IMG/VR virus record: IMGVR_UViG_3300049070_000043 | Span: 1-43,934 of that record | DNA from: a virus | Lineage: Duplodnaviria > Caudoviricetes | Length of the DNA: 43,934 bases | Reading direction: 5' to 3' (one strand) | In this document: positions 1 through 9,013 of the stretch, piece by piece | Numbering within the stretch: the stretch's first letter is position 1 | Layout of the letters: each line of letters begins with the position of its first letter | The notes under the pieces: generated by a model | The model's database searches: none | Told to the model about the DNA's origin: nothing | The model's input: only the letters and a program-made list of their open reading frames with translations | Translations under genes and position numbers: made by a program

Positions 1-124
1 TGTGGTGACTGTGCTTGTTAAAGTCTAGTTCAAATTGAACTGATGCATGGGGGATCGAGGGTCCGTGATACTCTGCACCTACGAGGAATGATTGGGTGAC
101 CCCTGCTTTTTCACGTTTTTGGAG

Positions 125-728
125 GCTGAAATATAGGCGATAGGGCTATGTTTACTAGGGTTTGAATCGGTTGTAAACTTCATCGTCGCGATTTTTCACC
201 CTATGTTTACTAGAGTATCGAAATATGTTCGAAAGTTGGAAAACGTCAAAATGAAGTATGAAGTTGCCAAAGTGCGTTGGAAAAAGTTTTCACCCTATGT
301 TTGAATATGTTCAAATGAGTGTGAACTGGAAGTTGCCTGGTAGGGTGTTCAATGGGTATAGGCACGATATTGCAACACCCTAGCAATTACTATGAGATAT
401 GAGCGGCAAGGTCTAGTGCTGGCGATTTTGGATTGCGGTTTGACGAGTGATCATCGCAAAAAAATGGGTAACAGGCTCACGATTTTTGCTAGTTTAGGGT
501 GAAAAATTGCGGCAAGTGAAGATATAAGTTGTAGCAATTGCTATGAGATAGGGTCCGATTGACCCCCAGGTTTGAATAGAGGGTATTCAAAATCCACGCT
601 GAAATATGTTAGGCGATAGCTGTTACTAGGGTGTTACAAAGTATCGGCGCAAATGGGGTGGGGTCAATCGTCGAACCTATTTCGGTTCCACGTCGAACAC
701 GTTCGAACCATAGTAAAAATAGGGTGAA
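125..728. repeat. Cluster of degenerate direct and inverted repeats in a long non-coding region
   Basis: TTTTCACCCTATGTTT at 193-208 and 287-302; inverted TAGGGTGAA at 495 and 720; TAGCAATT(A/G)CTATGAGATA at 381-399 and 532-550; GCTGAAATAT..AGGCGATAG..TTACTAGGGT at 125-161 and 598-632; 11-bp inverted repeat at 556-566/660-670. Confidence 0.75.
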
Positions 729-1011
729 TAAATATCGACGACGTAAACGTCACTAGGGCTTTGCCTGTTGGTTTCGGGTTCTGTTTGAAATAGGTGCAAT
801 TGGGTGTTGGCTACTGGGATCGGGGGAGGTGAGGCCCATGTCGCATGGATACCAGTGGCCTGTGCTTGTTCTTAGGAGCACTAGTCCATGCCTTCAGCTT
901 GATGCAATCCGAGTCATGGACCAATGGCCACGCAATCGCGCAAGAATGGACTAAGGCACGTCCAAATGGGTCGACCTATAGGTAGGTATAGGCCAGTCGG
1001 TCAAAGGCACG

Positions 1012-1041
1012 AAAAAGGCCACTGGTGTGTGCCAGTGGCCT
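1012..1041 (-). terminator. Rho-independent terminator after the 1058-1531 gene
   Basis: Minus strand AGGCCACTGG-cacaca-CCAGTGGCCT followed by TTTT. Confidence 0.8.
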
Positions 1042-1057
1042 ATGGCTGAGTGTGATG

Positions 1058-1531
1058 CTATTTCTTCTTACCCTTGCTAGGTTGCTCGCCTACCAGTGGT
1101 GCGATGCACTGAGCCAGCGTAGACAATTCCGTGCGACTGGCTGTCTTGGCCCAGGCAATCACCCTATCCAGGCTCATCAGGAAGCCATTGGCAGAGGGTT
1201 TGTAGCCTACAGTGTATAGGGGTTTGCCATCTTCGCCCACCTTTTTCTCTAGCAATTGCTTGCGGGTTTGTATGCGCTTGATCTCCGCCGCTCTATCCTT
1301 GCCAGTGATATTCCCACTGACAATCTTGTCAGCCTGTAACGCAGCTAGGATATCGCCAGTGCTGTGATTGAACTCCGTGCCTGTTCTCTCCTGTAACATC
1401 CTGTCCACCAGCTTGTTCCAGGCATCGCGGTCGCCAGACCTTTGTTTTTGTTCGGCTTTCATCTGTTTGCGCAGTTCCGCAATCTGCTCCGGAGTTAGTT
1501 GCGCTAGGCTGATTGTCGTCTGTTCACTCAT
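1058..1531 (-). CDS. Early hypothetical protein, paralog of 43202-43711; possibly DNA-binding
   Basis: 157 aa ORF with its own promoter and terminator; shares LAxLTPEQ, EIKxIQxRKQxLEK and GYKxSAxGF with 43202-43711. Confidence 0.8.
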   Translation of the reverse strand: MSEQTTISLAQLTPEQIAELRKQMKAEQKQRSGDRDAWNKLVDRMLQERTGTEFNHSTGDILAALQADKIVSGNITGKDRAAEIKRIQTRKQLLEKKVGEDGKPLYTVGYKPSANGFLMSLDRVIAWAKTASRTELSTLAQCIAPLVGEQPSKGKKK

Positions 1532-1601
1532 ATGTTCTTCGCTTTCTACGGTTTGTGCAGCTAGTGGCGTGTTTGCCCTATGTCTGCTAACCTATGCGAG
1601 C

Positions 1602-1630
1602 ATTGTCGACCTATACGTGCGACATGTCAA
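1602..1630 (-). promoter_or_regulatory. Sigma70-like promoter for the 1058-1531 gene
   Basis: Minus strand TTGACA-17 nt-GACAAT. Confidence 0.6.
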
Positions 1631-1884
1631 CAACAAACTGCATGGCACATGCTAACGTGTAGCAATGACTATCGAATATAGTTGCGTGTGGCATGGCCCG
1701 TGTATCCTGGTGTATGGGTCAAGGCGAACACGCGGCCATGCGGAAAGAATTCTTTGGCCGATGGGTGGGGGCAGAGGGGAAAACGCGACTAGGCCCGGCT
1801 TGCGGTAGCCCCTGCTCCCCATTGCGTGAGCCAAGTTGAGTGGCCCATCTTCCAAGTAGAAAATTCTACCTCCGTCCATTTTTC

Positions 1885-1906
1885 GCTTGACAGGATCGAG
1901 AATCTC
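1885..1906 (+). promoter_or_regulatory. Putative late promoter motif GCTTGAC-N9-AATCTC upstream of terS
   Basis: Same motif and spacing at 6896-6917 upstream of the capsid genes; contains a TTGAC -35 element. Confidence 0.45.
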
Positions 1907-1936
1907 AGTCCTCATCCCGCGTGAATCGGTTGGCAT

Positions 1937-2359
1937 ATGGCGAAGCCTACATCCAAGAACCAGCTACGTGGGAAACTAACTCCCACGGAGGTTCGTTCCG
2001 CTATCCACGAGATCTGCGAGAATAACAACTACGACCCATTCGAAGACCTCATCGAGATGGCAGTAGGCAGGGAAACCATCACCATTAACGGAAAAGACAA
2101 GGAGGTGCCTCTATGCACAGTTGATCAACGAATCGCAATAGCGAGGGAATTAGCTCAATATCTGGCTCCTAAACTCAAGTCTATTGAGGTTGGGGGCCAG
2201 ATTGATCACGACTTCGTAATTAACGTTAAGAAGTTTGGGGAAGTGGAAGATAAGGTTCAGGCAGCTAAAGAAGCAGAGCGCGCCCTCTTGCAGTCTTCTC
2301 TGGCCACCGCGAAGCAGATCCCTGTTAAGGTAATCGAGAGTGAGGAAGACAATGGCTGA
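1937..2359 (+). CDS. terS: Putative terminase small subunit
   Basis: Directly upstream of and overlapping terL; helical ARELAQYLAPKLKSIEV motif typical of small terminase-like proteins. Confidence 0.6.
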   Translation: MAKPTSKNQLRGKLTPTEVRSAIHEICENNNYDPFEDLIEMAVGRETITINGKDKEVPLCTVDQRIAIARELAQYLAPKLKSIEVGGQIDHDFVINVKKFGEVEDKVQAAKEAERALLQSSLATAKQIPVKVIESEEDNG

Positions 2360-3665
2360 GATTACAATACCTCACGAGTTCGAACCAAGGTGGTATCAGA
2401 GACCACTCTGGAACTACATGCAGGATGGCGAAGGATTTAGGAATAAAAGAGCAGTATGCGTCTGGCATAGACGTGGAGGAAAAGATCTCAGTTCCATCCA
2501 CCTCTGCGCCACCGCTATGATGGAACGGATTGGGCTTTACTGGCATCTGTTTCCGTTTTATGCCCAGGGAAAGAAGATTGCATGGGATGGGAAGACAGCC
2601 GCCGGAAGACCGTTTATTGATGCTTTCCCGAAACAGCTTAGGGCTGGCATTAATAACACGGAGATGAAGCTCACATTAAAAACGGGATCAATCTACCAGG
2701 TGGTAGGAGCAGATAAGATCGATTCTCTGGTTGGTGCTAACCCCCTGGGCATCATACTGTCTGAGTGGTCTCTTATGTCTCCTGCCATCTGGGAGTTCCT
2801 TCTGCCCATCCTGGCTGAAAACCATGGGTGGGCAATTTTTATTTACACCCCTCGCGGAAAGAACCATGGGTGGAAAACCTTGAAGGATGCCCAGAAAGAC
2901 CCAAGATGGTTCTGGCAGGTGCTACCTAACAGCCAGACAAAGGTAGTGTCTGAGCAGGGTATCGAGGAGATGAAGCGGGACGGTATGAGCGATGAGATGA
3001 TCGCTCAGGAAATGGAGGTTTCGTTTGAAGCCCCGGTAGCAGGAAGCTACTATGGCAAGCTGATCAATGACGCGGAAAATTCGGGGAGGGTTACTAATGT
3101 TCCCTGGGAATCTCGCCTGCCGGTCCACACAGCCTGGGATTTGGGTATTGGTGACTACATGTCCATCTGGTTCTACCAAGTGTATGGGATGGAGATTAGA
3201 ATTATAGACTTTTATGAAAACTGCGGAGAAGGTTTGGCCCATTACGCAAAGAAGATTGGTGAAAAGCCTTATGTTTATGGCCGGCATCATGCTCCTCACG
3301 ACATCGAGGTCCGAGAGCTTGGGACTGGGAAGTCGAGGCTTGAGGTGGGCAGAGACCTGGGTATACGATTTATTCCTGGCAAGAAGCTACCCGTGGACGA
3401 AGGCATCGAGGCAGTTAGGGGATTGCTTCCTCGATGCTGGTTTGATCGGGATAAGACTGAGTCCGGCAGGGAAGCACTTAAGCAGTATCATAAGGAGTTT
3501 GATGAAGATAAAAGAACCTATCGTGACAAACCGGATCACGACTGGTCATCACATGCCGCAGACGCTTTTAGAGAACTTGCTCAGAGCATCAAACGGCAGC
3601 CAAAGGTTCGGGAAAGAACGCAGGAGCGGGCTGAGGCAGATTATGACCCCCTAGCTCATACCTAA
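2352..3665 (+). CDS. terL: Terminase large subunit
   Basis: Walker A variant HRRGGKD, Walker B IILSE, coupling motif YTPRG, RNase H-like nuclease motifs AWDLG..D and HDWSSHAADAFR; ATG 2352 preferred to GTG 2340. Confidence 0.95.
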   Translation: MAEITIPHEFEPRWYQRPLWNYMQDGEGFRNKRAVCVWHRRGGKDLSSIHLCATAMMERIGLYWHLFPFYAQGKKIAWDGKTAAGRPFIDAFPKQLRAGINNTEMKLTLKTGSIYQVVGADKIDSLVGANPLGIILSEWSLMSPAIWEFLLPILAENHGWAIFIYTPRGKNHGWKTLKDAQKDPRWFWQVLPNSQTKVVSEQGIEEMKRDGMSDEMIAQEMEVSFEAPVAGSYYGKLINDAENSGRVTNVPWESRLPVHTAWDLGIGDYMSIWFYQVYGMEIRIIDFYENCGEGLAHYAKKIGEKPYVYGRHHAPHDIEVRELGTGKSRLEVGRDLGIRFIPGKKLPVDEGIEAVRGLLPRCWFDRDKTESGREALKQYHKEFDEDKRTYRDKPDHDWSSHAADAFRELAQSIKRQPKVRERTQERAEADYDPLAHT

Positions 3666-3666
3666 C

Positions 3667-3960
3667 ATGACAGCTTGGGAACAAGCTAAGAGAATGTATG
3701 AAAAGAAGGGTTGGGACATGGACGATGATCTGGCGACTTATTGTCGTTATCATTACGTGCATATTACTCCCGATAGCCTTATCCTGGCTCGTCTACATAC
3801 TGACCATTGGTATGTTCATGCTGCGGTTGGTGCTGGTTCTCTTCGTCTATGGATGTCTATTATGCCTGTATATCGTCCTTATGTCGCGTGGGCAAGAGGA
3901 CTCAGAGACGGACAACTTAAATACTATCAAACAGAAAGGCTCAAAAGGTTATTACTATGA
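3667..3960 (+). CDS. Hypothetical protein (possibly minimal GNAT-like)
   Basis: 97 aa ORF tightly packed between terL and the next gene (ATGA overlap at 3957). Confidence 0.65.
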   Translation: MTAWEQAKRMYEKKGWDMDDDLATYCRYHYVHITPDSLILARLHTDHWYVHAAVGAGSLRLWMSIMPVYRPYVAWARGLRDGQLKYYQTERLKRLLL

Positions 3961-4190
3961 TTAGCGTAACTCGGTCTCCTGAACTACTTGTGCGATGCTA
4001 CTTCGGCGGCGGTGCCCCCAAAGCACCCCCGCCTCCCGTTCCGCCACCCTCCAATCTGGATGCAGCCTCGAATGTGAAAAGGCAGACCAATGTGTATAAG
4101 AAAGGTCGCGCGTCCACCATCCTGGGCGGAGCTACTCCTGGTGGAGCTGGCTCTGTTCAAACTGATAAGAAAACTCTCCTAGGAGGTTGA
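3957..4190 (+). CDS. Small pre-portal virion/tail assembly protein
   Basis: Pro-rich PKAPPPPVPPP, GRASTILGG and C-terminal KTLLGG, typical of the small gene before the portal in BPP-1/T7-like podophages. Confidence 0.75.
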   Translation: MISVTRSPELLVRCYFGGGAPKAPPPPVPPPSNLDAASNVKRQTNVYKKGRASTILGGATPGGAGSVQTDKKTLLGG

Positions 4191-4191
4191 T

Positions 4192-5823
4192 ATGGCAGAT
4201 ACCATCCTTGATCAGTTGTGCCACCGGCACAACGGCATGGTGACTGCCCGTCGGACCTGGGAGTCTCATTGGCAGGAGATAAGGGATCTAGTCAATCCCA
4301 ATGCTTCTGACTTTAACCGTGTCGCCTCAGACGGTGACAGGCGAACGGATAAGATCATGGATGGCACTGCTCCCTGGGCATTGGAGCTACTCGCTTCTGG
4401 TCTTCACACCTTTAACACCTCTCCCACAGACCGATGGTTCAATCTCTGTGTGGTCGATGAGCGTAATCCTGCTATCGCTCTCGACCCATCGTATCTGGAT
4501 TCTCCTACTCTGGCTTGGTTGGAAACCGTCTCTGACCTGATCTACAAAGAGTATGCCAAACCTTCCTCAAATAACAATAACAGCCTCCATGAGTGCTATC
4601 TTGATCTGGGATCGTTTGGAACGGCGGTTGAGTATCAAGAATGGAACGCTAAAGAGCAATGCATTCGTTTTAGAGTGTACCCTCTTGCGGATTGCTGGAT
4701 TCTCGAGAATAGCGAGGGTAAGGTTGATACTGTTCATCGTAAGTGTTTGATGACGACACGACAGATCGAACAGAAGTGGCCCAACCATGGTTCCAAGAAG
4801 ATTCTCGAATGCAAGGAGCCAGATCGCATGTGGGAGGTCATCCATGCTGTCTTCCCGAGGTCTGACCGGGATACCAGTAAGCTTACTAATACGAGTAAGC
4901 CTTTTGCCTCTTTCTACTTCTGCAAGGAGGCTCAGGCTATCTTCAGTAAGTCCGGGTTTGATGAACTTCCGTTCGCTGTTCCTCGTTGGCTCAAGCGAGC
5001 AGGTGAGGTTTACGGACGGTCACCGGCCATGAACTGTCTCCCCGATATTCGCCTGGTGAATGCCATGGAACGGGTCCAACTCAAGTCCCTTCAGAAGATC
5101 GTGGACCCTCCGTTGATGCTTCCCGATGACGGCTTCATGATGCCAATTCGGACGGCTCCATCGTCGCTCATCTTCTACGATTCAACGATGAATCCGAACC
5201 AGATGATTCAGCCTCTCGAGACGAAGGGTCGTGTGGATGTTGGAGAGGAGAAGCTCGAACAGAAGCGCCAGCATATCATGCGTGCCTTCTACGCTGACTG
5301 GATTACCAGGATGAAGAAGCGAGAAAGGCAGACTGCTACGGAGGTCATGGATGAACGTGAGGAGATGCTGCAAATGATGTCTCCTATCCTGGGTAGGCTT
5401 CAGTCTGAGCTACTTGGACCCAGGCTGGAGCGGACCTACAGGATTCTGCTCAGGCAGGACTTGATTCCGCCGGCACCTCCGAGTCTGGAATCTCGCACTC
5501 TCATGATCGAATATGTGTCTCCCGCGGCCAAAGCTCAGGTTGCCAGGAAGGGGATCAACATTCGCAGATTCACAGAGGAGCTTCTTCCTCTGGCCCAGGT
5601 CGATCCGTCAATCATGGATGCTATCCATCCGGATCGTTACGTCGAACAGATGGCCATTATTCAAGATGTGAGCCGCAAGGTGCTTCGCACTCCTGAAGAA
5701 CTGGAAGAAATCAGAGCACAGCGATCTGAGCAGCAACAGGCTGCTACGATGGCGGCGGTAGCCGAGCCAGCCTCTAATGCTCTGAAGAACGTGGCAACGG
5801 CTCGTGAGAAGGGACTCGTGTGA
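4192..5823 (+). CDS. Portal (head-tail connector) protein, T7 gp8/BPP-1-like
   Basis: 543 aa; PRW..GEVYGRSPAM, TATEV..REE, LGRLQSELLGP and IEYVSP motifs. Confidence 0.93.
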   Translation: MADTILDQLCHRHNGMVTARRTWESHWQEIRDLVNPNASDFNRVASDGDRRTDKIMDGTAPWALELLASGLHTFNTSPTDRWFNLCVVDERNPAIALDPSYLDSPTLAWLETVSDLIYKEYAKPSSNNNNSLHECYLDLGSFGTAVEYQEWNAKEQCIRFRVYPLADCWILENSEGKVDTVHRKCLMTTRQIEQKWPNHGSKKILECKEPDRMWEVIHAVFPRSDRDTSKLTNTSKPFASFYFCKEAQAIFSKSGFDELPFAVPRWLKRAGEVYGRSPAMNCLPDIRLVNAMERVQLKSLQKIVDPPLMLPDDGFMMPIRTAPSSLIFYDSTMNPNQMIQPLETKGRVDVGEEKLEQKRQHIMRAFYADWITRMKKRERQTATEVMDEREEMLQMMSPILGRLQSELLGPRLERTYRILLRQDLIPPAPPSLESRTLMIEYVSPAAKAQVARKGINIRRFTEELLPLAQVDPSIMDAIHPDRYVEQMAIIQDVSRKVLRTPEELEEIRAQRSEQQQAATMAAVAEPASNALKNVATAREKGLV

Positions 5824-6092
5824 ACTCAGATTTAATTCAGAGGCTTAAGAACAGGCTACGGCTTCATCAGGCGTATAAGTCAATATTCAATACGCCTGAT
5901 GGGGAGTTGGTTCTGGAACACCTGATGAGAGAATCAGGTATTCTCAGTCCCAAGATCACTGTGGACTTCAATTCGCTTCTGGTTAAAGAAGGTCAAAAAC
6001 ATATCGTCCTGTCTATCCTTCGAATCTTAGGCAGGGACGTCAACAAACTAACCAAACAGATACAAGAAAGTATGGCCCATGAAGATGAATAA
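5820..6092 (+). CDS. Bbp19-like small protein
   Basis: YKSIFNTPDGELVLEHL...EGQKHIV pattern; sits between portal and scaffold. Confidence 0.75.
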   Translation: MNSDLIQRLKNRLRLHQAYKSIFNTPDGELVLEHLMRESGILSPKITVDFNSLLVKEGQKHIVLSILRILGRDVNKLTKQIQESMAHEDE

Positions 6093-6894
6093 CGTATTAC
6101 GAATACCTGACCCTGGTGAGGGAGGCGGCGCTCCAGCTCTCGACCTGTCTATTCTACCGGAAGACCTTAGGGGAGAAGCCTCATTGTCGCAGATCAAGAC
6201 AATTCCTGATCTGGCAAAGAGCTATGTCAATGCTCAGAAGCTCATTGGGGCTGAAAAGATTGCCAAACCCCAGAAGAACTGGAAGCCGGAACAGTGGAAT
6301 GAGTTCTACAATAACCTCGGACGGCCCCAAGACATCACCGGATACACATTCAAGCCGGAAAATCTCCCTCCGGACATGGGCGTCAACGACGAAAAGCTCG
6401 GTGAAGCTCGGAAAGTATTGCACGAAGCCGGTCTTTCTGACTCCCAGGCCACCAAGGTTCTGAAGTATTACTTCGAATCTGCGACGAAGAACTACCAGGA
6501 TGGTGTCAGAGACTCTGAAAACAAGAAGGTTGCCGCCATTTCTCAGCTGAAAACTGACTGGGGCGACAAGTTTGACACCAAACTCAACCTGGCTCAGTCG
6601 GTTGTGAAGAAATTCGGTGGGGAAGAGATCAAGGAGTTCTTGGAAAAGCACGGAAATGACCCACAGGTCATCAAGTTGTTCTCCTCGATCGGTGAATCCA
6701 TGCTGGAAGACAGCGCCGAGGGTGCAGGAAATGACCTTATGGTGGGTGATCCGGCCCAGGCTCAGGCGGAAATCAACACGCTGAAGAGTGATAAGGAGTT
6801 CATGGAGGCGTTCCTCACGAAAAATCATCCCGGCCACAAGGTTGCTGTGGAAAGATGGTCAGCCTTACACGAAAAGGCGTTTCCGTCAAAATAA
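6079..6894 (+). CDS. Capsid scaffolding protein
   Basis: LAKSYVNAQKLIG, FYNNLGRP, LKTDWG and C-terminal HPGHKVAV motifs; upstream of the major capsid gene. Confidence 0.8.
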   Translation: MKMNNVLRIPDPGEGGGAPALDLSILPEDLRGEASLSQIKTIPDLAKSYVNAQKLIGAEKIAKPQKNWKPEQWNEFYNNLGRPQDITGYTFKPENLPPDMGVNDEKLGEARKVLHEAGLSDSQATKVLKYYFESATKNYQDGVRDSENKKVAAISQLKTDWGDKFDTKLNLAQSVVKKFGGEEIKEFLEKHGNDPQVIKLFSSIGESMLEDSAEGAGNDLMVGDPAQAQAEINTLKSDKEFMEAFLTKNHPGHKVAVERWSALHEKAFPSK

Positions 6895-6895
6895 T

Positions 6896-6926
6896 GCTTG
6901 ACTTCTTTGGAAATCTCGCATATGGA
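6896..6926 (+). promoter_or_regulatory. Putative promoter for the capsid genes
   Basis: TTGACT-17 nt-TATGGA; carries GCTTGAC-N9-AATCTC shared with the terS upstream region. Confidence 0.45.
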
Positions 6927-7143
6927 ATGTGCCAGCATGAGTGAATCTGCTGGCCATTCCTCAAGTTTCGCGCACATGGACCAGCTTCGTCGATTGAAAC
7001 AAGCAATTAACGACGGAATCAAGAATTTCGCTGAGGCAAAGAATATTTGCCAAGCAAATGCACTCCCGGATGTCGAAATTGCCATCCGAAGTGTGCTGAC
7101 GAGTGCTGAAATAGCTCAGCACTTGATGAAAATTTATCCCTAG
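6922..7143 (+). CDS. Hypothetical protein (start uncertain: 6898, 6922 or 6937)
   Basis: Helical-looking ORF filling the gap between scaffold and capsid leader. Confidence 0.45.
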   Translation: MECASMSESAGHSSSFAHMDQLRRLKQAINDGIKNFAEAKNICQANALPDVEIAIRSVLTSAEIAQHLMKIYP

Positions 7144-7233
7144 GCAACCTTCACCGGTCTAGGGGACAATGGTCGGTATGGCCATTCGCCACACGACGAT
7201 GTTCGTGAGGTAGAGTCCGACGAGGACAACTCT
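7138..7233 (+). promoter_or_regulatory. Structured RNA leader of the major capsid gene
   Basis: Four consecutive hairpins (7138-7164, 7168-7186, 7188-7211, 7212-7233), two carrying a CAA bulge. Confidence 0.5.
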
Positions 7234-7267
7234 CCCGCAATGCAGAAACGTTCGAATCGTAACAACT

Positions 7268-8158
7268 ATGAGTTCACAGATCGACAAGGCATTAGTCCAG
7301 ACCTATCGATCCAACATAGAGGTTCAGTTTCAGCAAAGAGGCTCTCGTCTTCGTGGCACTGTCACGAATGAGACTCAAAATGCGGAATTCGACTTCTATG
7401 ATCGGATTGGTCCGGTCGATGCCCAAAAGGTCACCACTCGCCATGGTGACACACCCCTAAACGAAACTCCTCATGACCGGCGTCGGATTTCGTTGGAGGA
7501 CTATGACTGGGCGGATTTGATTGACCGCAAGGACAAAATCCGCATGTTGGCAGACCCGACCGCAGCTTACACTCAGAACGCAGTTTACGCAATGGGTCGT
7601 GCGATTGATCGCGCGATTATTGCGGCTGCCACTGGGACGGCGTATACCGGAAAGACTGGCGCTACGGCAGTCACCTTCCCGGCAGCGTCGGAAGTCGCAG
7701 TCAACTACGTGGAGTCCGGTGGCGCAACCAATTCGAATCTTACCGTTGGTAAGCTTCGTCGAGTTCGCTTCCTGCTGGAATCCACGGAGGCCATTGCTGA
7801 CGGTGAAGAGGCGTTTGCGGTAGTTACTGCATCTCAGGTGCAGTCTCTTCTGCGAACGACTGAGGTCACCTCGGCTGATTACAACACCGTCAAGGCGTTG
7901 GTCAACGGCACTGTCGACACCTTCATGGGCTTCAAGTTCGTGAGAACTGAGTTGCTCGCGAAGTCAGGCAACAATCGCGAGTGTCTCTTTTACCCTCGCA
8001 GCGGCATCACTCTCGCTATGGCCATGGAATTGGCCGTCGAGGTTGATAGGCTTCCTGGCAAGCGTTACTCTGTCCAGGTCTATGTGTGCGGCTCCTTCGG
8101 AGCATCGCGCATGTGGGAGGAAAAGGTTATTCGCGTGAAGTGCGACGAGACGCTGTAA
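7268..8158 (+). CDS. Major capsid protein
   Basis: 296 aa; QQRGSRLR, RHGDTP, DWADLID, AMGRAID, LVNGTVDTFMGFKF and GASRMWEEKV motifs of the BPP-1-like capsid family. Confidence 0.92.
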   Translation: MSSQIDKALVQTYRSNIEVQFQQRGSRLRGTVTNETQNAEFDFYDRIGPVDAQKVTTRHGDTPLNETPHDRRRISLEDYDWADLIDRKDKIRMLADPTAAYTQNAVYAMGRAIDRAIIAAATGTAYTGKTGATAVTFPAASEVAVNYVESGGATNSNLTVGKLRRVRFLLESTEAIADGEEAFAVVTASQVQSLLRTTEVTSADYNTVKALVNGTVDTFMGFKFVRTELLAKSGNNRECLFYPRSGITLAMAMELAVEVDRLPGKRYSVQVYVCGSFGASRMWEEKVIRVKCDETL

Positions 8159-8162
8159 TCAC

Positions 8163-8402
8163 ATGAAAGCATATAAGATCCAAATTCAACCCTTCTCCCA
8201 GGGTCTGACCCTGGAGACTGGAGTAGTAAGGGCTGGTTTAGGTCAGGGTATGTTCACTCCTAGCCTTGACCCTAGCCGTGGCATTGTGGTGTCTGGCAAC
8301 TTCTCGAATGCTCAAATCAAAGGGATTCAGGACTACGTGGCTCTGATTCTCAATGGTTCGGACACTTCGACGGTTGAAACCGCCATCAATGCCTTAACGT
8401 AA
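8163..8402 (+). CDS. Hypothetical structural-module protein
   Basis: 79 aa ORF starting 4 nt after the capsid stop. Confidence 0.65.
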   Translation: MKAYKIQIQPFSQGLTLETGVVRAGLGQGMFTPSLDPSRGIVVSGNFSNAQIKGIQDYVALILNGSDTSTVETAINALT

Positions 8403-8449
8403 CTGGATCTGAAGTGCATCAACACCTCACGAAACAAAGGAAATAACAT

Positions 8450-8965
8450 ATGGCAGTTACAACGATAAACGCCTATAGTGACGAGATTACGGCAAACCTG
8501 CCTCCTCTCTATAAGCCTCTCAAACCCAACGTATACGAAGGCCGTGTTCGTATCGCTGACTGGACCCTGACCCTGGCAAGCCAGGTTGCTGGCACCAACT
8601 TCGCGTTGTGCCGACTTCCCAAGGGTGCTCGTATCATTACCGGAGTCATCTCCGCCTCTGCTACATTGGCTAACTCCGCTCAGATCTCTATTGGTCTGGC
8701 GGCAGTCGATGGCTCAGGCTTGATCGACGCCGGTCTGACAATCCAGCCCGACGGCGGTGCTGCAACAGGAACCCCCGAATCTGATCAGGTCGCATGCCTC
8801 AAAGCTGCGGCTGTTCAAGGTACGACTCAGGTTCCGTTTGCAATCACGCAGGCGCTCGGGTATCTCTACGAGACCGCCAAGGAAGTGTTCGTGACGATGA
8901 CCACCAGCGTCGGAACGGTGGCTACCGAAGTTGTTCGGGGCCATGTCTTATACGTGGTGGACTAA
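8450..8965 (+). CDS. Putative capsid cement/decoration protein
   Basis: Beta-rich 171 aa with GRVR and LPKGARI..G motifs, ending YVVD; post-capsid position. Confidence 0.6.
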   Translation: MAVTTINAYSDEITANLPPLYKPLKPNVYEGRVRIADWTLTLASQVAGTNFALCRLPKGARIITGVISASATLANSAQISIGLAAVDGSGLIDAGLTIQPDGGAATGTPESDQVACLKAAAVQGTTQVPFAITQALGYLYETAKEVFVTMTTSVGTVATEVVRGHVLYVVD

Positions 8966-8976
8966 CCCTCCAACTG

Positions 8977-9005
8977 CCCGCCTACAGGTGAGTCCTGTAG
9001 GCGGG
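8977..9005 (+). terminator. Strong hairpin after the head genes (terminator/attenuator or stability element)
   Basis: CCCGCCTACAGG-tgagt-CCTGTAGGCGGG, 12-bp perfect stem; no U tract. Confidence 0.55.
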
Positions 9006-9013
9006 TAACACTT

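Noticed and set aside
1-760. CRISPR array in the repeat-rich left end
   Set aside because: Repeats are degenerate, of several families, in both orientations and irregularly spaced; no cas genes.
1652-1936. 94-aa minus-strand ORF upstream of terS
   Set aside because: Overlaps the divergent promoter and G-rich region; no motif support; more likely regulatory or packaging DNA.
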